In this document: positions 59,159-64,000 of the stretch, one piece after another
Numbering within the stretch: position 1 is the first letter of the stretch
Layout: every line of letters starts with the position of its first letter
Assembly: GCF_000315625.1 (NCBI RefSeq)
Contig: NW_005434581.1
Coordinates: forward strand, 90,016 to 154,015
Direction of reading: 5' to 3'
Origin: Guillardia theta CCMP2712
Taxonomy: Eukaryota; Protista; Cryptophyta
DNA: 64,000 nucleotides
Notes under the pieces: generated by a model
Told to the model about the DNA's origin: nothing
Databases searched by the model: none
What the model saw: only the letters and a program-made list of their open reading frames with translations
Position numbers and translations under genes: made by a program

Positions 59159-60956
59159 TTACTTCTTGTTCTCTTCTTTGATGGGGTTGTAGAATTGTTC
59201 CACCTCTCCCTTCTCAATCCTCTCCAAAAATCCAGCCCAGTCCTCTTGCATCACTATGATCCGACCCTCCTCCTCATCTTCGTTTCCTCGCCTGCCGTTT
59301 GCTCCGTCAGGAACCTTTCCTCCTCCTCCATCACCAACTCCTCCCTCCTCCTCCCTCCCCTTCCTGCTACTCCACCAATGTTCTCCCTGCTGCTCTTCCT
59401 CCGTCTCACCCGTCAATGAACTTGTAGCGGATCCTCTTCGCATGCATCATCGTCTCCGTAGCCCTTCGGATCTGAAGCAGATGATGAGACAAAGATGCCC
59501 GAGGGCTGCAGGCGAGGAGGTAGGAAGGAGAGAGCAGAACAGACCTTGTTGCTCTTCAGCGCGTATGTGAGCGGCTTGCCAGTGATGATGATGAGGTCCC
59601 TGCTGCCGTCGTTGCGGGGATGCCTGAGGATCCACTCGACGGCCGTGATCGCGTCGGCGACCGCCATACCATGAAGGTCAAGGACGAACTGCAGCGGGTG
59701 AGGAGGGCAGGAGGAGCCTTGAGATCTAACCTCTCTCTTCTTGATCTCGAGGCAGTTTGCGTAGGGAGCAATCGCGTTGGAGTGCGCCATCTTCACTGCG
59801 TCGTGAGCTTCACGTGCTAGGGGACATCAGGGTTCACCTGGAAAACGTCGACAGCGTCCCTGAACGCGTGCACTCCCACCAGGCGGGTGATGAGGGTGGT
59901 GATGTAAATCTGAACGAGGAAAGCTTGAGGGGCGGGAGCGACAGAAGTGCGAGGGGGAAAGGGAAATTCAAGGATAGGAATGCGAGTATGATGGTGACGA
60001 TTATGATTATGATTATGATTATGATTATGATTATGATTATGATTATGATGATGATATGACTGATTACGATGAGAATGATTGTGACAATGATAATGATTGT
60101 GACAATGACGATGACAAGAATCATGACGAGGATAGGAGAAGCAGCATACCATGTCGGGGATGATAGCCTCTGCCCTCATCTGCTTATCAATCTCCTTGAG
60201 GACCTACAAGGGCAGTCAAGTACAACTGGTGCATCTTGACCTTCCCCCACCATCGGCGTGTTCGACCCCAAGTCAACTTGAGAGACGAGGATGGTGTATG
60301 TGATCCGATCAGGAGGCAGGCTAACTCCCTGCTCTTGCGCGGTCAGGAGATTTTCTTGTCTGCCCTGAACTCATCGCTCACCTCATCTGAGAGTGTCCTC
60401 AGCCTCTTCAGCAGGTCTGCCGCCTTCCCCTCCGTCGTGTAGCTGTATCATCACCGAGTCAGGGGAGGGGATGCATGGACACAGCAAGAGAGGTCAGGAA
60501 GGGAAGCACACAAGGAACGCGAGTGAGTCAGTGAGAGGAGAGAGGGAGAGGAGGGAGAGGAGGGAGGGATGGAGGAAGAGGAGGGAGGGAGGGAGGGAGA
60601 GGAGGGAGGAAGAGAGAGGATGGAGGAAGAGGAGGGAGGGAGGGAGGGAGGAAGAGAGAGGATGGAGGAAGAGGAGGGAGGGAGGGAGGGAGGGGAGAGA
60701 AGGAGGACGCTTCTCAGGCTCACAGGTAGCAGCCGTTGAGAGTTGCGTTGAAGGCATCCAGCACATTCTTCTTCGATATTGATATCTTTCTCTCACCCTC
60801 CTCGCCTTGATTCATGAACCACCTCCTCTGCTCGCACATCTTCTCTAGATATTTCTCGGCTTCTTCTACCTGCCCCGAGCGAGCAAACGCGTCGATTATG
60901 ACGGAGTAACACCTGCCGTCCAGCTGGAAAACATTCGATCACAATGATTGCTTTCT

Positions 60957-60988
<32 letters not shown>

Positions 60989-62222
60989 GACCATGACCAT
61001 CATCATCACCACCACCACCATCACCACCCATTTCACTTTCACCATCACAACCACCATCATAGACGTCATCATCGTGATCATCAACACATCATCTTCCATT
61101 TCCCCCTCCTCCGCTATTTTCTCTCCCATGGCTCACCCGCAGGTTGCTCGTTTTCAGTTCCTCGATGTAGGATACTGCCTCCTTGAGCATCCCTCTCTTG
61201 TTATACGCCTCGATCAAGATAGTGTACGTGGTGCAGTCCGTTACCTGCCATCAACACAGACACGTGAGCTGGAGAGAGTTCCCTGTTGAAATGCGCGAGG
61301 AGAGCAAACACAACAAACTTCTCACCCATTTGTTCTCCTGGATCTGTTTGTAGAGGGCGGCAAAATCTTCCAACGACGAGATCTTGTCCGTCACCGACAA
61401 CATCGCGTTCACCATCACGTGGTCCGGTTTGTGGCCCTCTTCCAAGAAGCTGTTCCACAGCTCCTTGACCTTCTCTACGTCTCCGCTCCTCCCGTACAGA
61501 TCCACCAGGTTGGTGAAGATGGGAGGCACGAAAAGGAACCCGTTAGCTGCTACCTCCTCTACCAGCTTCTCCGCTCTTGCCATGTCCATCCGCTTTGCGC
61601 AGGCATCGATGAGGCTCGAGTAGATCACCTCATTCGTCTTCAGCCCCTGCTCCTTCATCCTCCTCCATGCTGAGAACACGTCTTCTAGCCGACCATGCTT
61701 GTGGTACCCGTCGATCAAGATGCCATGCGTCACCTCGTTCGGCTCGACACCTTTGGCGCGCATGGCAGTGAAAAGCTTCTCTGCCGCGCTCATGTTGCCG
61801 GCCTTTACTTCGCTCTTGATCATGGAGGTGTAGGTCACGACGTCGGGCGTCAGCTCCATCTTGTTTAGGGTCTCCCAGAGCTCGCGGCTCTCCCTGATTA
61901 ACCTGCTGGAGGAGATCATGAGGTTGAAGTGAAAGATGTTGGCAGTCTTGTTGGCCAGCATGCCCCTGAAGAACTTCTTCTTCTCCTCCCCCTTCAGATC
62001 TCGGAGGGTCGCGAACAGTTTTCGTTCCTCCACCTCCTTGCTCCATTTCCGGTTCTTTGCTTCATTCGACGATGCCTCCTCTGCAGAAGGCAGGGACGCC
62101 ATCGAGCGCGTCCTTACCGCCTGCATTCTTCTTCCCTGCACTCCTGGCGCCGCTGCATGGACGGTCTTCCATGACCAGTAGAGCGCCTGACTGCTGCGAC
62201 GCAGCAGCATGGAGGACTGCAT
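59159..62222 (-). CDS. Pentatricopeptide-repeat protein with a C-terminal Smr domain (PPR-SMR); mitochondrial-type presequence
   Basis: PPRs: PDVVTYTSMIKSEVKAG, PNEVTHGILIDGYHKHG, NEVIYSSLIDACAK, IFTNLVDLYGRSG. Smr: FVLDLHGMAVADA...LIIITG...EGRIIV. Arg/Ser-rich N-terminus MQSSMLLRRSS...RTRSMASL. Confidence 0.85.
59999..60056. repeat. (ATTATG)n microsatellite in a PPR-Smr intron
   Basis: Direct observation. Confidence 0.9.
60959..61030. repeat. (CAT/CAC)n microsatellite in a PPR-Smr intron
   Basis: Direct observation. Confidence 0.9.
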
Positions 62223-62339
62223 GCTCGGAGGACGGGGCAGGCAGGGTCACATGCGGACGCTTTCGGGGGTACTAAAAGTTCCTTTATGTCGTTTTCCTAG
62301 TAACTGCTGCTGCCCTCTCAGTCTTGCTAATGGCCCTAA

Positions 62340-62710
62340 AAATAAAACTTGAATGCAGCCGCGCCGCGAGCGCCGGGCGCACTGGGCCGGCCCGCTGAGT
62401 GCCCGGGCCCGGCTCGCATGGGCCCCCAGGACCGTGACTGCAGGCTGATTACTTTGCCAAGTTGGCCTAATGCCGCAGTGCGGCGGAGTCGATCGATCAG
62501 ACAGACTCACTTCTTGGATCGGATGAGTCGATGACACGGTCAGTGATAGTCAGCCTGTGAGACTCACACTCGCCACTGGGCCGCATGACTCTGTGATAAC
62601 CGGGCGCTCAGCCGCTACCGTCGGAGACTCTGATCGGACCGTACGGCCCGCCGCCCGCCGCCGCTCGGCAGGTCCGGAGCCGCCCTGGCACGGTGGGACG
62701 CCGGGAAAGA
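62340..62710. promoter_or_regulatory. CCGG/GAGTC-rich island between the MSH2 3' end and the PPR-Smr start
   Basis: gccgggcgcactgggccggccc, gactc and gagtc motifs. Confidence 0.45.
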
Positions 62711-62755
62711 GGAGTGGAAGTCACTCAGTTTACAGCACAAGGAGTTGCTGCTGGC

Positions 62756-64000
62756 TCAGGCGGGCTGCAGCAGGAGACTCTCGACAAACTTGTTGCCTTT
62801 GCTCGCCATCTCGTCGCGCATCTGCCGGACCCTGAGGCAAGCCTGCAGCCGCGAGTCAGTCAGCAGCTGGGCAGCAGCTGGGGCCTCACCTCGGAGGGGG
62901 CGAGTGAGTCGAAGGGGAGAGCTGAGAAATCCTGCGAAGTGTCAGACGGGGAGGAGGATGAGGAGAGCTGAAGGAGAGCTGGAGGAACCTTGAGAAACTG
63001 CAGGATCAGCCTCGAACCCTCCTCGTGATCGCCCTGCTCGCCTACAGCAAGACTTACTGTGCTGTCTCCCCTTCCTCCACCTGCCGCTCACCTGCCGCCT
63101 CGTCCGTCTTGCGTTTCTTAGAGGCTGGTTCCCCAACAGCGTCCTCGTTCTGGGGTGCGTGCTCGTCAGCACTGGATGGAGTGAGGGAAGGTAAGGAGGA
63201 GAGTAGGAGGGGAGGGGAGAAGGGAGGAGAGAAGAGAAGATAGAAAGAGAGGAAAGTAGGATGAGAGGAGAAGGGGAGAGAAGAGGAGGGGAGGAAGCGA
63301 ATGACAAGGCGCTCACAGAGGACGAGGCGTTTCCAAACATCTCCAGCTGCTCTGCCTTCTGCCTCGCCATCTCCACCACGTGCTCGGGGAATTTAGCCAG
63401 CTCTGCAACGTGAATGCCAAAGCTCTGATCGCACGCGCCCTTCCGGACCTGGAGGGGACAGCAGATGGCAGAAGTAAGTAGGAGGGGAAGGGGGCGCGTA
63501 AAGAGAGTGATAGATGGGTGAAAAGAGCAAGAGGAGGGAAGGAGAGAGGAGCAGAGGAGAGGATCAGAGGAGAGGAGAAGCAAGAGGGAGGAGAAGGAGA
63601 GCAGAGGACTTGTCAGGGCTCCTGTGTTGATAATGAGGAGACAGCTTCACCTGGTAGAGCATGGTGAGCTTTCCGTCCGCCACGTGGGCAGTCACGTGGC
63701 GGTTGGTGACGGCCTCGGCCTTGCCCTCGAGCTCCGTCAGCTCGTGGAAGTGAGTGGCGAAGAGACAGGGAGCTCGAATTGAGCTGGCGATGTGCTCGGC
63801 TATGGCCCACGCCAGGCCGAAGCCGTCGTAGGTTGACGTTCCCCTTCCCAGCTCGTCGATGATGATGAGCGACTTGTCGGTGGCTGAGCTGAGGATGGAG
63901 GAGGTGTCGAGCATCTCCTGCATGAAGGTACTCACTCCCTTCAGCTGATTGTCTCCTGCTCCGATCCTCGCGTGGATCGAGTGGCAGATGGAGATCTCGG
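62756..64000 (-). CDS. MSH2: DNA mismatch repair protein MSH2, 3' part (MutS ATPase domain); 5' end outside the window
   Basis: [60 protein letters not shown]|[20 protein letters not shown]. Last exon [12 protein letters not shown]...QPA*. Confidence 0.95.

Noticed and set aside
59159-64000. MSH2 directly upstream of an Smr-domain gene on the same strand, suggesting a MutS2-like fusion or functional pair
   Set aside because: MSH2 has its own stop (62756), an intergenic island follows, and the PPR-Smr gene has its own ATG and organellar presequence. The adjacency is probably coincidental.
1-64000. tRNA/rRNA genes or telomeric arrays
   Set aside because: None recognised by eye. The GGGGTA motifs are dispersed, not tandem. 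tRNAscan and Infernal were not run.

Overview
This is eukaryotic nuclear DNA, gene-dense, with many short (~35-120 nt) GT-AG introns, GA/CT microsatellites and five N-gaps. The style and presequences suggest a cryptophyte alga such as Guillardia theta (inference, not searched). Genes in order: RCC1 (-, runs off the window start) with a Nup50/Nup2-like N-terminal module; a mitochondrial-carrier-family transporter with a signal peptide (+); an alpha-kinase with C2 domains (-); a Lon N-terminal-like protein (-); a 5'-truncated Ty1/copia element with a short 3' LTR (+); a GAF + cNMP-binding protein (+); lipase maturation factor (+); a ~57-aa peptide gene with a 6-nt microexon (+); an aquaporin with a presequence (+); an SES1-like ER saposin protein (+); a GAF-phosphodiesterase (+); a DUF1622-EF-hand fusion (-); a ~4,500-aa axonemal dynein heavy chain whose AAA1 catalytic site is degenerate (+); an EAG/CNG-type K+ channel (-); a PPR-Smr protein (-); and the 3' part of MSH2 (-). 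Gene boundaries carry recurring CCGG/GAGTC-rich islands and strand-polarised GGGGTA/TACCCC tracts. The most notable candidates are the apparently ATPase-dead dynein, the Nup50-like-RCC1 fusion and the DUF1622-EF-hand fusion. All exon structures were assembled by eye; no searches were run.
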